Assembly: GCF_000284115.1 (NCBI RefSeq)
Contig: NC_017080.1
Coordinates: 1,260,001 to 1,292,000 of the forward strand
DNA: 32,000 nt
Reading direction: 5' to 3'
Origin: Phycisphaera mikurensis NBRC 102666
Lineage (GTDB): Bacteria > Planctomycetota > Phycisphaerae > Phycisphaerales > Phycisphaeraceae
Positions 7,264 to 16,085 of the stretch are shown one piece after another (the stretch's first letter is position 1; each line of letters opens with the position of its first letter). The notes below the pieces were generated by a model. It had not been told where the DNA came from and ran no database searches. It saw only the letters and a program-made list of their open reading frames with translations. The position numbers and the translations under genes were made by a program.

Positions 7264-9849
7264 TCACTTTACCCGCGGCCGGTGCCGATCCGCCGCCGCC
7301 TCCAGCTCCGCCGCCATCCGCGTGATCCGCTCCTCCCAGGTTTGGCTGCTCTGGTGCTGCTCGCGCAGCCGCTCGGCGAAGAGCGGGAAGCCCAGCGGGG
7401 TGAGCCGGTCGGGGCAGACGCAGACGATCTCGTCGGCGGCGAGGCTTTCCAAAGACGCGCGCAGGCGGGCGACCTCCAGCTGCCGCTCGAGCACCTCGCG
7501 CTTCGCCTGGGTGAGCAGCAGGTTGTCGGGGTCGAAGTCGGTGAAGACGTCGAAGAACAGTTCGCTGCTCGCCTGCAGGTGCTTGGTCGCCCGGTTCTCG
7601 CCGGGGTAGCCGGTCTGGATCAGGCCGGCGATCCGCGCGATGTCGCGGAACTGGCGGCGGGCCAGCTGGCCGGTGTCGACGCAGGCGAGGAGGTCCTCGA
7701 GCAGGTTCTCCGGCGAGAGCACCTCCGCCCAGAAGCCGACCTCGTGCGGCAGCGGGTCGTCGGTGAGCACCTCCACGCCGTAGTCGTTTACCGTCACCAC
7801 CACCGTCAGCGGCATCGCCCGCGTGAGCCGCAGCGCGAGCAGCGCCCCGAGCCCCTCATGCACGAGCCGGCCCAGCAGCGGGAAGAGGAAGTGGTGGTGG
7901 CCGTCGCGCGTGCGGACCTTCTCGATGAGCAGCTCGCCGGACCGCGGGATGCGCGACCAGTCCTCCTGCAGGCGGAGCAGCGGCTCGATCGCCCGCATCT
8001 CGGCGTTGTCGTAGACGCCGGCCACCGCGGCGTCGAGCCGGCGCCGCACCGCCGCGGCGAGCTGCGTGGACAGCGGGCTGCGGCCGCCGGCCCAGCGCGG
8101 CACGTTCCCGCGCGAGCCGCTCGCTCGTTTCACCTTCGCGACCATCTGCCGCACGCTCACCAGCTGCACGAGGTGGCCGGCGAAGACGAAGCGGTCGCCG
8201 GGCTTGAGGAAGCCGACGAAGTTCTCCTCGACCGTGCCCAGCCGCTTGGATCCCATCAGCACCGAGATCATCGCGTTGCTGGTGATCGTGCCGATGCCCA
8301 TGCGGTGGTCGCGGGCGACCTTCTGGCCCCCGACGCCGTAGAAGCCGGGCCGGTCCGGGTCCTCCACCACCCGCTCGAAACGCGGGTACGCCCGCAGGCT
8401 CTCGCCGCCGCGGACGACGAAGTCCAGGCACCAGCCGAACTCCTCGTCGGTGAGGTGGCGGTAGGACCAGGCGGTCCGCAGCTCCTCTTTCATCGCTTCG
8501 GCGTCGAAGCCGCCGCCGGCGGCCACCGTCACCAGGTGCTGCACCGCGACGTCCAGCGGGCGATCCAGCGGCACGCGGCTCTCGATCTCGCGGGCGTTTC
8601 CCGCGTCCCGCGCGGCCGCGAAGTCCAGCACCTCCAGCGCGTTGGTCGGCACGCCGATGATGCGCGACTTGACGCCCGGCTGGTGCCCGCTGCGGCCGGC
8701 CCGCTGCAGCATCCGCGCCACGCCCTTGGGGCTCGCGACCTGGATCACCTGCTCCACCGGCGAGAAATCGACGCCGAGGTCCAGCGAGCTGGTGCAGACG
8801 CAGACCTTCAGCTCGCCCGAGCGGAGCATCTCCTCCACCGCGTTCCGCGTCTCGCGGTCGATGGAGCCGTGGTGCAGCGCAACCTTCCCGAGCCACTGCG
8901 GCCTCGCCTCGCAGATCCGCGCGTACCAGATCTCGCTCTGGCTGCGGGTGTTGGTGAACAGCAGCGTCGAGGCCGCGGGCTCCAGCGCGTCCAGCACCGC
9001 GTCGAGCAGCACGATGCCCAGGTGGCCCGACCAGGGGAAGCGGTTCGCGACGCCGTCGCCGACTTCCCCTTTGCTCCCGCCGGGCAGAAGCGTCGTCAGC
9101 TCGAAGCCCGCGTCCTCGGGCCCCGCCAAGCGGCAGCCCTCGCGGGCTCGGCGGGTCGGCGGGTCGACGCCGAGCAGGCAGTCCTTCGCCTCTCCGAGAT
9201 TGCCCAGCGTTGCCGACAGCCCCCAGGTCTGCACGGCGGGGTTGAAGGTGCGGAGCCGCGCGAGGCCCAGCTCGGTCTGCGTGCCCCGCTTGGTCGAGAG
9301 CAGCTCGTGCCACTCGTCGACGACGATCGTCTCGAGCCCGCGGAAGGCTTCCTCCGCGTTGGCGTACGACAGCAGCACCGACAGCGACTCGGGCGTGGTG
9401 ACCAGGCACGTGGGCAGCTTCTTCCGCTGCTTCTGCCGCAGGGCCTGCGGCGTGTCGCTCGTTCGTTCCTGCACCGTCCAGGGCAGGCCGAGCGCCTCGA
9501 CCGGCCGCCTGAGGTTCTCGCGCGTGTCCACCGCGAGCGCACGCAGCGGCGTGATCCACAGCACGCGCGGGCCGACGGGGTCCATCGACGCCCAGGCGTC
9601 GCGGTCGGGGTGCTGCTGGATCCAGCGCAGCAGCGGACCGCCCCACACCGACAACGTCTTGCCCGTGCCCGTGGGCGCGTGGATCAGCCCCGACGCGCCG
9701 GCAAGCTGCCGCTCCCAAGCCTCCTTCTGGAAGGCCGCCGGCTCGCCCAGCGCCCCGCGGAACCAATCGAGGAAGGGCGATCCGGGCGGCGGCACGGGGA
9801 AGGTTAGGAGCAGGCCGGGTGAACCGGGACCACGCACCCGCAGACGCAC
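7264..9849 (-). CDS. Ligase-associated DEXH-box helicase (Lhr-core-like)
   Basis: Motif I IHAPTGTGKT, motif II VVDEWHEL, GLSATLGN, motif VI MLQRAGRSGH, plus a long Lhr-type C-terminal region. It sits directly downstream of the ATP-dependent ligase. The start is uncertain: GTG at 9849, or a later in-frame GTG near 9795 just before PFLDWF. Confidence 0.9.
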   Translation of the reverse strand: MRLRVRGPGSPGLLLTFPVPPPGSPFLDWFRGALGEPAAFQKEAWERQLAGASGLIHAPTGTGKTLSVWGGPLLRWIQQHPDRDAWASMDPVGPRVLWITPLRALAVDTRENLRRPVEALGLPWTVQERTSDTPQALRQKQRKKLPTCLVTTPESLSVLLSYANAEEAFRGLETIVVDEWHELLSTKRGTQTELGLARLRTFNPAVQTWGLSATLGNLGEAKDCLLGVDPPTRRAREGCRLAGPEDAGFELTTLLPGGSKGEVGDGVANRFPWSGHLGIVLLDAVLDALEPAASTLLFTNTRSQSEIWYARICEARPQWLGKVALHHGSIDRETRNAVEEMLRSGELKVCVCTSSLDLGVDFSPVEQVIQVASPKGVARMLQRAGRSGHQPGVKSRIIGVPTNALEVLDFAAARDAGNAREIESRVPLDRPLDVAVQHLVTVAAGGGFDAEAMKEELRTAWSYRHLTDEEFGWCLDFVVRGGESLRAYPRFERVVEDPDRPGFYGVGGQKVARDHRMGIGTITSNAMISVLMGSKRLGTVEENFVGFLKPGDRFVFAGHLVQLVSVRQMVAKVKRASGSRGNVPRWAGGRSPLSTQLAAAVRRRLDAAVAGVYDNAEMRAIEPLLRLQEDWSRIPRSGELLIEKVRTRDGHHHFLFPLLGRLVHEGLGALLALRLTRAMPLTVVVTVNDYGVEVLTDDPLPHEVGFWAEVLSPENLLEDLLACVDTGQLARRQFRDIARIAGLIQTGYPGENRATKHLQASSELFFDVFTDFDPDNLLLTQAKREVLERQLEVARLRASLESLAADEIVCVCPDRLTPLGFPLFAERLREQHQSSQTWEERITRMAAELEAAADRHRPRVK

Positions 9850-9889
9850 GCTTGGAGCTGGCCCGCCGCGCCGCCGGCCCGGCGCGCTT

Positions 9890-11635
9890 CTAGATCAAGC
9901 CGCGGAGAAAACCGACGGTGTCGGCTTCGTCGGCGCGCTTGTCGTCGCGGATGCGGGCCATCCGCGGGAAGCGGAGCGCGAGGCCGCTTCGGTGCCGCTT
10001 GCTCTCCTGCACGCCGTCGAAGGCGATTTCGAAGACGCGGCTGGGCTCGACCTCGCAGAAGGCGCCGCGGCCGCCGCGCCGGTGGCCCTTGATGAAGGCA
10101 TCGACCCGCGCGAACTCCGCGTCGGTGAGCCCCGAGTAGGCCTTCGTGACCGGAACCAGCTCGCCCCGGCCGGGTTGCTCGCCCGTCCAGAGCGCGAAGG
10201 TGTAGTCGGTGTAGAGCGTCGAGCGCCGGCCCGTGCCACGCTGGGCGTAGATCATGACGGCGTCGATCGCGTAAGGGTCGACCTTCCACTTCCACCACAG
10301 CCCGCGCTCGTCGCCGCTCTCCCGGGTCATGGCACGGCCGATCCCGTAAGGGGCGTCGCGACGCTTGAGCATGAAGCCCTCGACGTTGCGGGCCCGGCTC
10401 GACGCGCGGAGCGCACCCAGCGAATCCCAGGATCCGCCCTCGACGGCCGGGGAGAGGAGCAGCTTGCCGCCGGAAGCGTGGAACGCGTCGGCGGCGAGGG
10501 CCTCCAGCGCGGCGCGCCGCTGGTGGGTCGGCTCCGTGCGCAGGTCCGCGCCGCCGAGCTCGAGCACGTCGTAGGCCATGAAGACGACGGGGCGGTCCTC
10601 GAAGAGCGCGGGGTGGCGGGCTCTGCGGTTCAGCCGGCGCTGGAGGACCGCGAAGGGCTCCGGCAACCCGCGGACCGTCGGCGTTTGGAGCTCGAAAGCG
10701 TGACGGTCCGCGGATCCGTCCGCGTTCCGCCACGCGAGGATCTCGCCGTCGAGCACGGTGCCTTCGGGGAGCGTGGACGCCGCCGCGGCGACCTCGGGGA
10801 AGGTGCCGGTGATGAGCTCCTCGCCGCGGGACCACAGCCGGGCGCTGCCGCCGCGGCGGAGGAGCTGGCAGCGGATCCCGTCCCACTTCCACTCGACGCT
10901 CCAGTCGCTGCGGTCGCCGAGCTTCTCCCGGGGCGTCGCCTGGAGCTGCTGAGCGAGGCAGAAGGGGTAGGGGCGCGCCGCGTCGTCGGCCGCGGCGTCG
11001 GCGTCGGCGCCGCCGCCGCTGCCGCCGCTGCCGGCCGCTTGGCCGCCCGGCCGATCCGGTGCGGTCACCCGCTCCCACGCCGAGCGTGTGGGCGAGAAGC
11101 CGCCGGTCATGCGGTGCTGCATCACCGCCGCCGGCACGCCGGTGGCTTCGGCGAGGGCGTTGATGACGACCTTCTTCGCGGCCCCGAAGCGGAAGTTCCC
11201 GGAGATCAGCTTGTGGAACACGAGCCGCTGGGTCGCGTCGAGCCGGTTCCACGTCGCGAGGATCGCGGTCCGCTGCTGCCCCTCGCTCATGCGTTCGAGC
11301 GGGAGCACGCGCGTCTCGATGATCGAGGTCAGCGACTCGTCCTCGCCGGCCGCGGTCGGCGGCGGCAGCAGCAGCGACAGCGTCTCGGACAGGTCGCCGA
11401 CCACCGAGTGCGACTCGGCGATCAACCACGCCGGGAGCCCCGTGGCCTCGCCGCAGAAGGCCCGCAGCCGGTTGTACGGGACGCGCCGGATCAGCGACGT
11501 CCCGGTCAGCACCGCGAGCGCCCAGGCCGCGTCGTCGGCGTCCGCTTCGCGGAAGTAGGCCGCGATCGCCGCCGTCTTCTCGCTCGTCCGCGTGGTGCGG
11601 TCGACGGCGGTGAAGAGGGCGGTGAACGACTTCAA
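9890..11635 (-). CDS. ATP-dependent DNA ligase (ligase-associated damage-response type)
   Basis: Adenylation motif I VEWKWDGIR, plus LDGEILAW, VFMAYDVLE, EGFMLKRRDAPY and WWKWKVDP. N-terminal DNA-binding-domain-like start (M)KSFTALFTAVDRTTRTSEKTAAIAAYF, with TTG as the start codon at 11635. Confidence 0.9.
   Translation of the reverse strand: MKSFTALFTAVDRTTRTSEKTAAIAAYFREADADDAAWALAVLTGTSLIRRVPYNRLRAFCGEATGLPAWLIAESHSVVGDLSETLSLLLPPPTAAGEDESLTSIIETRVLPLERMSEGQQRTAILATWNRLDATQRLVFHKLISGNFRFGAAKKVVINALAEATGVPAAVMQHRMTGGFSPTRSAWERVTAPDRPGGQAAGSGGSGGGADADAAADDAARPYPFCLAQQLQATPREKLGDRSDWSVEWKWDGIRCQLLRRGGSARLWSRGEELITGTFPEVAAAASTLPEGTVLDGEILAWRNADGSADRHAFELQTPTVRGLPEPFAVLQRRLNRRARHPALFEDRPVVFMAYDVLELGGADLRTEPTHQRRAALEALAADAFHASGGKLLLSPAVEGGSWDSLGALRASSRARNVEGFMLKRRDAPYGIGRAMTRESGDERGLWWKWKVDPYAIDAVMIYAQRGTGRRSTLYTDYTFALWTGEQPGRGELVPVTKAYSGLTDAEFARVDAFIKGHRRGGRGAFCEVEPSRVFEIAFDGVQESKRHRSGLALRFPRMARIRDDKRADEADTVGFLRGLI
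10668..10713. repeat. Palindromic element copy C, inside the ligase CDS
   Basis: Perfect 12-nt arms, CCGCGGACCGTC (10668-10679) and GACGGTCCGCGG (10702-10713). The 20-mer CCCGCGGACCGTCGGCGTTT (10667-10686) is identical to 27813-27832 in an intergenic region. Confidence 0.9.
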
Positions 11636-11713
11636 AGCGGAAGGACGCTACGCCCCGTGGCGACTCCGAATGGCCTCGCGGCCGGATGCACCGCCGCCCC
11701 CGGGCGGGCCGCG

Positions 11714-12007
11714 TCAGCGCATCATCCACCTGGCGTCGCTCACGAGGCCCACGCCGCCGTACTTCTTCAGCACCGGCGCGAGAAGCTCGCCGAGCTTCTC
11801 CGCCTTCGCCTCGTCGCAGGCGCAGAGGATCAGGCAGTTCTCGAACGCGCCGGTGATCCCGTCGGGGTGGCGGTCGCCGCGGTCGCCCCAGCCCGAAGCG
11901 TTGCGGAGGACCGTGTAGCCGTTGACGCCGGCGGCGAGCAGGACCCCCACGACGCGGTCGACGTGGTGGCTGTCGACGACGAGCTCGATGCGTTTGACGT
12001 TCTTCAT
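11714..12007 (-). CDS. P-II-like small regulatory protein (SbtB-like)
   Basis: 97 aa reading MKNVKRIELVVDSHHVDRVVGVLLAAGVNGYTVLRNASGWG..., a PII-like beta-alpha-beta layout. It lies 10 nt downstream of an SbtA-family permease, which is the usual pairing. Confidence 0.65.
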   Translation of the reverse strand: MKNVKRIELVVDSHHVDRVVGVLLAAGVNGYTVLRNASGWGDRGDRHPDGITGAFENCLILCACDEAKAEKLGELLAPVLKKYGGVGLVSDARWMMR

Positions 12008-12017
12008 GGCGGGCCGC

Positions 12018-13073
12018 TCAGGTCCAGATCGCGTCGATCGCCGCCATGTACAGCGGGATCCCGACGGTGATGTTGAAGGGGAAGGTGACCGCCAGCGACA
12101 TCGTCACGTAGATGCCCGGGTTGGCCTCGGGCACGGCCAGCCGCATCGCGGCGGGCACCGCAATGTAGCTCGCGCTACCCGCCAGCGTCGCCAGCAGGAG
12201 GGCATCGCCCTGGCCGGCGCCGAGCAGCCAAGCCGCGGCGATCCCCAGCGAGGCGTGGGCCGGGGCGCTCAGGACGGCGAAGGCGATCAGCGAGCCCCCG
12301 GCCCTCCTCAGGTCGCCCAACCGGCGGGCGGCGACGAGGCCCATGTCCAGCAGGAACAGGCACAGCACGCCCTTGAAGGGCGCGTACGCGAAGGGCTTGA
12401 TCGACTCCCATCCCCGGTCGCCGATGGCCAGGCCGATGAGCAGCGAGCCGACGAGCACGACGACGGCGCCGTTGAGGAACGCCTCGCGGAAGAGCTCGCC
12501 CCAGTCGACGTCCCGGAACCCGCCGGCGTCGCCGGCTCCGTGCCCGGCGAGTCCGGGCCGCTGCTCGTCTCCCGCCGCCGGGGTCCCCTCGGAGGAGGGG
12601 GCGTACCAGCGCGCGAGCAGCACGCCGACCACGATGGCGGGGCTCTCCATCAGCGCCATCGCGGCGACCATGTAGCCCCCGGGCGTGTAAGCCGGGTCGG
12701 AGGAGGCGAGCGTGGTCAGGAAGTTGTTGGCGGTGATGAAGGTGACCGCGGAGATCGATCCGTAGGTGGCCGCCATGGCCGCGGCGTTGGCGGCGTCGAG
12801 CTTCAGGCGGAGCACGAAGAAGGACCACACCGGGACGATCGCCGCGAGCACGACGGCGGCGAGCAGGAGGCCGATGACCCGCGCCCCGAGGTCGCTGTGC
12901 ATCAGCTCGACGCCGCCGTGAAGGCCGATGGCCATCAACAGGTAGATCGACAGCAGCTTGGGGATCGGCTGCGGGAGGGAGAGGTCGCTCCTGCAGACCG
13001 CGGCCAGCACGCCGAGCGCGAAGAAGAGGATCGCGGGCGTGCGGAGGTTGTCGACGAGCAGGCTGAGGTCCAT
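12018..13073 (-). CDS. sbtA: SbtA-family (DUF897) sodium-dependent bicarbonate-transporter-like permease
   Basis: Polytopic membrane protein with two hydrophobic halves separated by a Gly/Asp/Ala-rich cytoplasmic loop. Start MDLSLLVDNLRTPAILFFALG and end SASYIAVPAAMRLAVPEANPGIYVTMSLAVTFPFN match my memory of SbtA. I trimmed the track ORF (to 13232) to the ATG at 13073. Confidence 0.75.
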   Translation of the reverse strand: MDLSLLVDNLRTPAILFFALGVLAAVCRSDLSLPQPIPKLLSIYLLMAIGLHGGVELMHSDLGARVIGLLLAAVVLAAIVPVWSFFVLRLKLDAANAAAMAATYGSISAVTFITANNFLTTLASSDPAYTPGGYMVAAMALMESPAIVVGVLLARWYAPSSEGTPAAGDEQRPGLAGHGAGDAGGFRDVDWGELFREAFLNGAVVVLVGSLLIGLAIGDRGWESIKPFAYAPFKGVLCLFLLDMGLVAARRLGDLRRAGGSLIAFAVLSAPAHASLGIAAAWLLGAGQGDALLLATLAGSASYIAVPAAMRLAVPEANPGIYVTMSLAVTFPFNITVGIPLYMAAIDAIWT

Positions 13074-13335
13074 GCGGGGCGGACGGTAACCGGCGGCGGA
13101 AGCTCGCGATGCCGCGATCGACCACACGCCCCGCGCCGCAATCGACCCGCCGAAGCGGAGCGGGGGGGCCGTGGCTCGCAGGCGGCCCGGAGGATTTTCC
13201 GGCCATCGCACGCCTCCGGATCCCGGTGCCACGCACGCGCAGGCGCGATCTTCGGCACGTCTTCCGGAGCGGCCGATGCCCGGGTGCCACGCGGCTCGCG
13301 GGTGAGGTGTCCGCGGGACGCGCGGCCGGCTCCGC

Positions 13336-14454
13336 TCAGTTGAAGAGCCCGCCCTGCGGATCTTCCCCGGGCTCTTCCGCGGCTTGGTCGGGGTGCGTCT
13401 TCATCGCGATGTCGTTCCCGGTGACGGTCCCGTCCTCGTCGCCGGTCCAGCGGGTGGGCACCACGTCGGCGTCGAGGCTGCGCACCTCGCGGAGGTAGCG
13501 GACAACCGCCTCGCTGCTGCCGTGCGTGACGCCGATGGAGCCGGCGCCGGTCGCTTCGATCGCCCGCATCAGCCCCGGCCAGTCCGCGTGATCGGAGACG
13601 ACGAAGCCGCGGTCGACGCCGCGGCGGCGGCGGTTGCCGCGCACCATCATCCAGCCGCTGGCGAAGCTGGTGGAGAAGGGCGCCCAACGCTTCAGCCAGG
13701 CGGTGCCTAGCACCGACGGCGGCGCCACGAGCAGGGCTTTGCCTCTGTGCTGTTTCGCCAGATCCGGCGTCGCCCGCCGCACGGGCGGGAGCCTGACGCC
13801 GGCGGCCCGGTAGACCTCCACGAAGCTCTCGACGCTGCCGTGGACGAAGATCGTCGCTTCCTCATCGGCCGCCTCGGCCTCCAACAGCATCGAGAGCACG
13901 CGCTGCGCCTTGCCCAGCGCGTACGCGAAGACGACGGAGGTGCGGGAGAGCGCGCGGTTCTCCGACCACCACGCCGCGAGGTCGGCGGCGACGCCGTCGC
14001 TCTCGGGCCAGCGGTAGATGGGCAGGCCGAAGGTCGACTCGGTGACGAAGCGGTGGCAGGGCACCGGCTCGAAGGCGTCGCAGGTGGGGTCGGCGGCGAC
14101 CTTGTAGTCCCCGGAGATCACCTCGACGCGGCCGCGGTGCTCCACGCGCACCTGGCCGGAGCCCAGCAGGTGCCCGGCGGGGTGCAGCGAGACGGTGACG
14201 CCGTTGAGGCTCGTCGTCCGGCCCCAGGGCAGCCCCTCGATGGGGGCGTCCGGCTGCACGCGCCGGGCGAGCACGGGCTCGCCGGCGGCGCTGGTGAGGT
14301 AGCGGGAGCAGCCGGCGGTGGCGTGGTCGCTGTGGGCGTGGGTGACGACCGCGCGGTCGACCGGCTTCCACGGGTCGATGTGGAAGCCGCCGGCGTGGCA
14401 GTACAGCCCCGACGGTCCGGCGACGACGAGCGGGATCTCGGGCGGACGCGGCAC
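13336..14454 (-). CDS. Ligase-associated metallo-beta-lactamase-fold exonuclease
   Basis: GLYCHAGGFHIDPW...AVVTHAHSDH (HxHxDH motif), then LHPAGHLLGS and VISGDYK. I trimmed the track ORF (to 14706) to the in-frame GTG at 14454, 8 nt after the upstream gene stop. The longer version would overlap the DUF1772-like gene. Confidence 0.8.
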   Translation of the reverse strand: MPRPPEIPLVVAGPSGLYCHAGGFHIDPWKPVDRAVVTHAHSDHATAGCSRYLTSAAGEPVLARRVQPDAPIEGLPWGRTTSLNGVTVSLHPAGHLLGSGQVRVEHRGRVEVISGDYKVAADPTCDAFEPVPCHRFVTESTFGLPIYRWPESDGVAADLAAWWSENRALSRTSVVFAYALGKAQRVLSMLLEAEAADEEATIFVHGSVESFVEVYRAAGVRLPPVRRATPDLAKQHRGKALLVAPPSVLGTAWLKRWAPFSTSFASGWMMVRGNRRRRGVDRGFVVSDHADWPGLMRAIEATGAGSIGVTHGSSEAVVRYLREVRSLDADVVPTRWTGDEDGTVTGNDIAMKTHPDQAAEEPGEDPQGGLFN

Positions 14455-14462
14455 GGGGGGTT

Positions 14463-14912
14463 CTACGCGGTGAGGGCGGTCACGATCGCGGCGGCCGCGA
14501 GCACGCCATGCGCGGTCCAGGCGGCCGTGCGGATCCAGTTCGTCGTCACCAGCGAGCGGGCGGCACCGGCGTCGAAGCCCCGGGCGAGCACGCGGTGCCT
14601 GGGGATCTGCAGGAGGGCGGTGCTGGCCCAGTTGATCGCGACGGTGGCGAGGCCGAGCCACGGAATCCAGGGCGGCACGCCCGGCGGCGGGCTCAGGCAC
14701 AGCCACACCGTGGCCCCCAGCTCGACCGCCATCAGCGGGCCGACGACCGGCCCGGTCCGGGCGATGTGCTGCGCCTGGTAGCCGAGGTACGCGTCGGCCG
14801 GCACCCGCGCGTGCGCCGGGTAGTGCACGCGCTGCACGAACCAGATGAGGCCGACCATGCCCCAGACCGAGCCGGCGTACGCGGCGAGGACCAGCGCGTC
14901 CGCGGCGCTCAC
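14463..14912 (-). CDS. DUF1772-like four-helix membrane protein
   Basis: C-terminal 149 aa of track ORF 14463..15377. It has hydrophobic helices plus LLQIPRHRVL...TTNWIRTAAWTAHG, resembling the DUF1772 NxPxN...W-x-R pattern. The GTG at 14912 overlaps the SRPBCC gene stop as GTGA. Confidence 0.55.
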   Translation of the reverse strand: MSAADALVLAAYAGSVWGMVGLIWFVQRVHYPAHARVPADAYLGYQAQHIARTGPVVGPLMAVELGATVWLCLSPPPGVPPWIPWLGLATVAINWASTALLQIPRHRVLARGFDAGAARSLVTTNWIRTAAWTAHGVLAAAAIVTALTA

Positions 14913-15427
14913 GCTCGGCCCGGCCCTTCCGCCAGGCGCGGCGCCGGATCGCCGCCGCTGGCGTAGAGCCCGGCCAGCACGCGGTGCCGGTTCTCGAAGA
15001 GCTTGGTGAGGTCGCGCCGCACGACCGCGTTCGCGAGCCCCGCGAGCGGCCCGCCCGGCGGCCGGTAGATCACGCGGTCCCGCGTCAGCGTCCCGCCGCT
15101 GCGGGGCAGGTACGTGTGCTCGTGCCGGAAGCGGGCGTAGGGCCCGCGCTCCTGCTCGTCGGCGAAGAAGCGGGGGGCGTCGACCTCCTCGATCCGCGTC
15201 GTCCACGAAAGCGGGAGGCCGTGCAGCCTGAGCCTGTAGCGGTAGCGCACGCCGGTCGCCAGCGGCTCGATCCGCGGGTCGACCACGTGGAACCGGATCC
15301 ACGCGGGCAGCACGAAGTTCATGTGCCGGCAATCGGTGACGAACGGCCAGAGCTTCTCGGGCGACGCGGGCAGCCACTGCTCGGCGAGCAGGAGGAAGTC
15401 GTTCTGGCGGCGGCCGGTGGCGATCAT
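14909..15427 (-). CDS. SRPBCC (START/cyclase-dehydrase-like) family protein
   Basis: 172 aa. LPASPEKLWPFVTDCRHMNFVLPAW...RYRYRLRLHGLPLSWTTRIEEVDAPRFFADEQERGPYARFRHEHTY is typical of the SRPBCC ligand-binding fold. Confidence 0.7.
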   Translation of the reverse strand: MIATGRRQNDFLLLAEQWLPASPEKLWPFVTDCRHMNFVLPAWIRFHVVDPRIEPLATGVRYRYRLRLHGLPLSWTTRIEEVDAPRFFADEQERGPYARFRHEHTYLPRSGGTLTRDRVIYRPPGGPLAGLANAVVRRDLTKLFENRHRVLAGLYASGGDPAPRLAEGPGRA

Positions 15428-15530
15428 GACAAGTGGGTGGCGGCTGCGCCGACCGCTCCGTGCTGGCGGGCTGATTCCGAGCTCCCGGCCTCGCTCCCTC
15501 TCTCGCCCGGACCGCCCCCCGGCGGCCCGC

Positions 15531-15962
15531 TCAGGTCGGCACGCTGGTCCGCACCGGCCCGCCGCCCCATCCGCCGGACCGCCCGCGCTCCCGGTGCGCG
15601 TTCCAGCTCGCCCAGAGGATGAGCCCGAAAGGGACCCACCAGATGAGGTCGTTCGTCGGGATCGTCCAGCCGAAGGCGGGGTCGAGGGTGCCCCGGACGA
15701 AGGCTCCGTCCGCGTAGCCGATCGGGCCGGCGATCTTGCCCAGCAGGCCGACCAGCGTGATCGGCCAGTGCTTCAGCGGGGCCGTCGCGGCGCAGGCGTA
15801 GCCGATGCCGTAGACGCCGACGATCATGCCGACGCACTGCCAGATGGCCGGCTGCGTGGGCCGGTCCATCCCGACGAGGTCGAAGAAGTGGTTCGGGAAC
15901 AGGACCACCCAGGCGCCCCAGGCGAGGTTGTAGGCCGCCGCGAGCAGCAGCACGATGGACAT
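15531..15962 (-). CDS. Hypothetical integral membrane protein (about 4 TM)
   Basis: Trimmed to the internal ATG at 15962 (MSIVLLLAAAYNLAWGAWVVLFP...). Hydrophobic helices and high GC3. No family recognised. Confidence 0.5.
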   Translation of the reverse strand: MSIVLLLAAAYNLAWGAWVVLFPNHFFDLVGMDRPTQPAIWQCVGMIVGVYGIGYACAATAPLKHWPITLVGLLGKIAGPIGYADGAFVRGTLDPAFGWTIPTNDLIWWVPFGLILWASWNAHRERGRSGGWGGGPVRTSVPT

Positions 15963-16085
15963 CCAAGGCTTTGCTGCGCGAGAGGATTGACGCAAGGTGG
16001 AAGGCTTCGGCGGGCGGAGCCCGCCGGCGCGGGTCCGCATTGTGTCTGGGTGAACCGCGGCGCCGGGCAGCGGCGTCCGGAGACG

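Noticed and set aside
7282-12070. Very long + strand ORFs (7282..9807 at 841 aa and 8642..12070 at 1142 aa) antisense to the helicase and ligase genes
   Set aside because: They are Arg/Ala/Gly/Pro-rich, have no motifs, and lie opposite genes with clear catalytic motifs. Such open antisense frames are typical in high-GC DNA.
13226-13289. Two TGGCAC motifs (minus strand, at 13226-13231 and 13284-13289) in the 262-nt sbtA upstream region, as possible sigma-54 -24 elements
   Set aside because: Neither is followed by a TTGC-like -12 element at the correct spacing. The direct repeat CCCGG(G)TGCCACGC is noted but has no supportable function.
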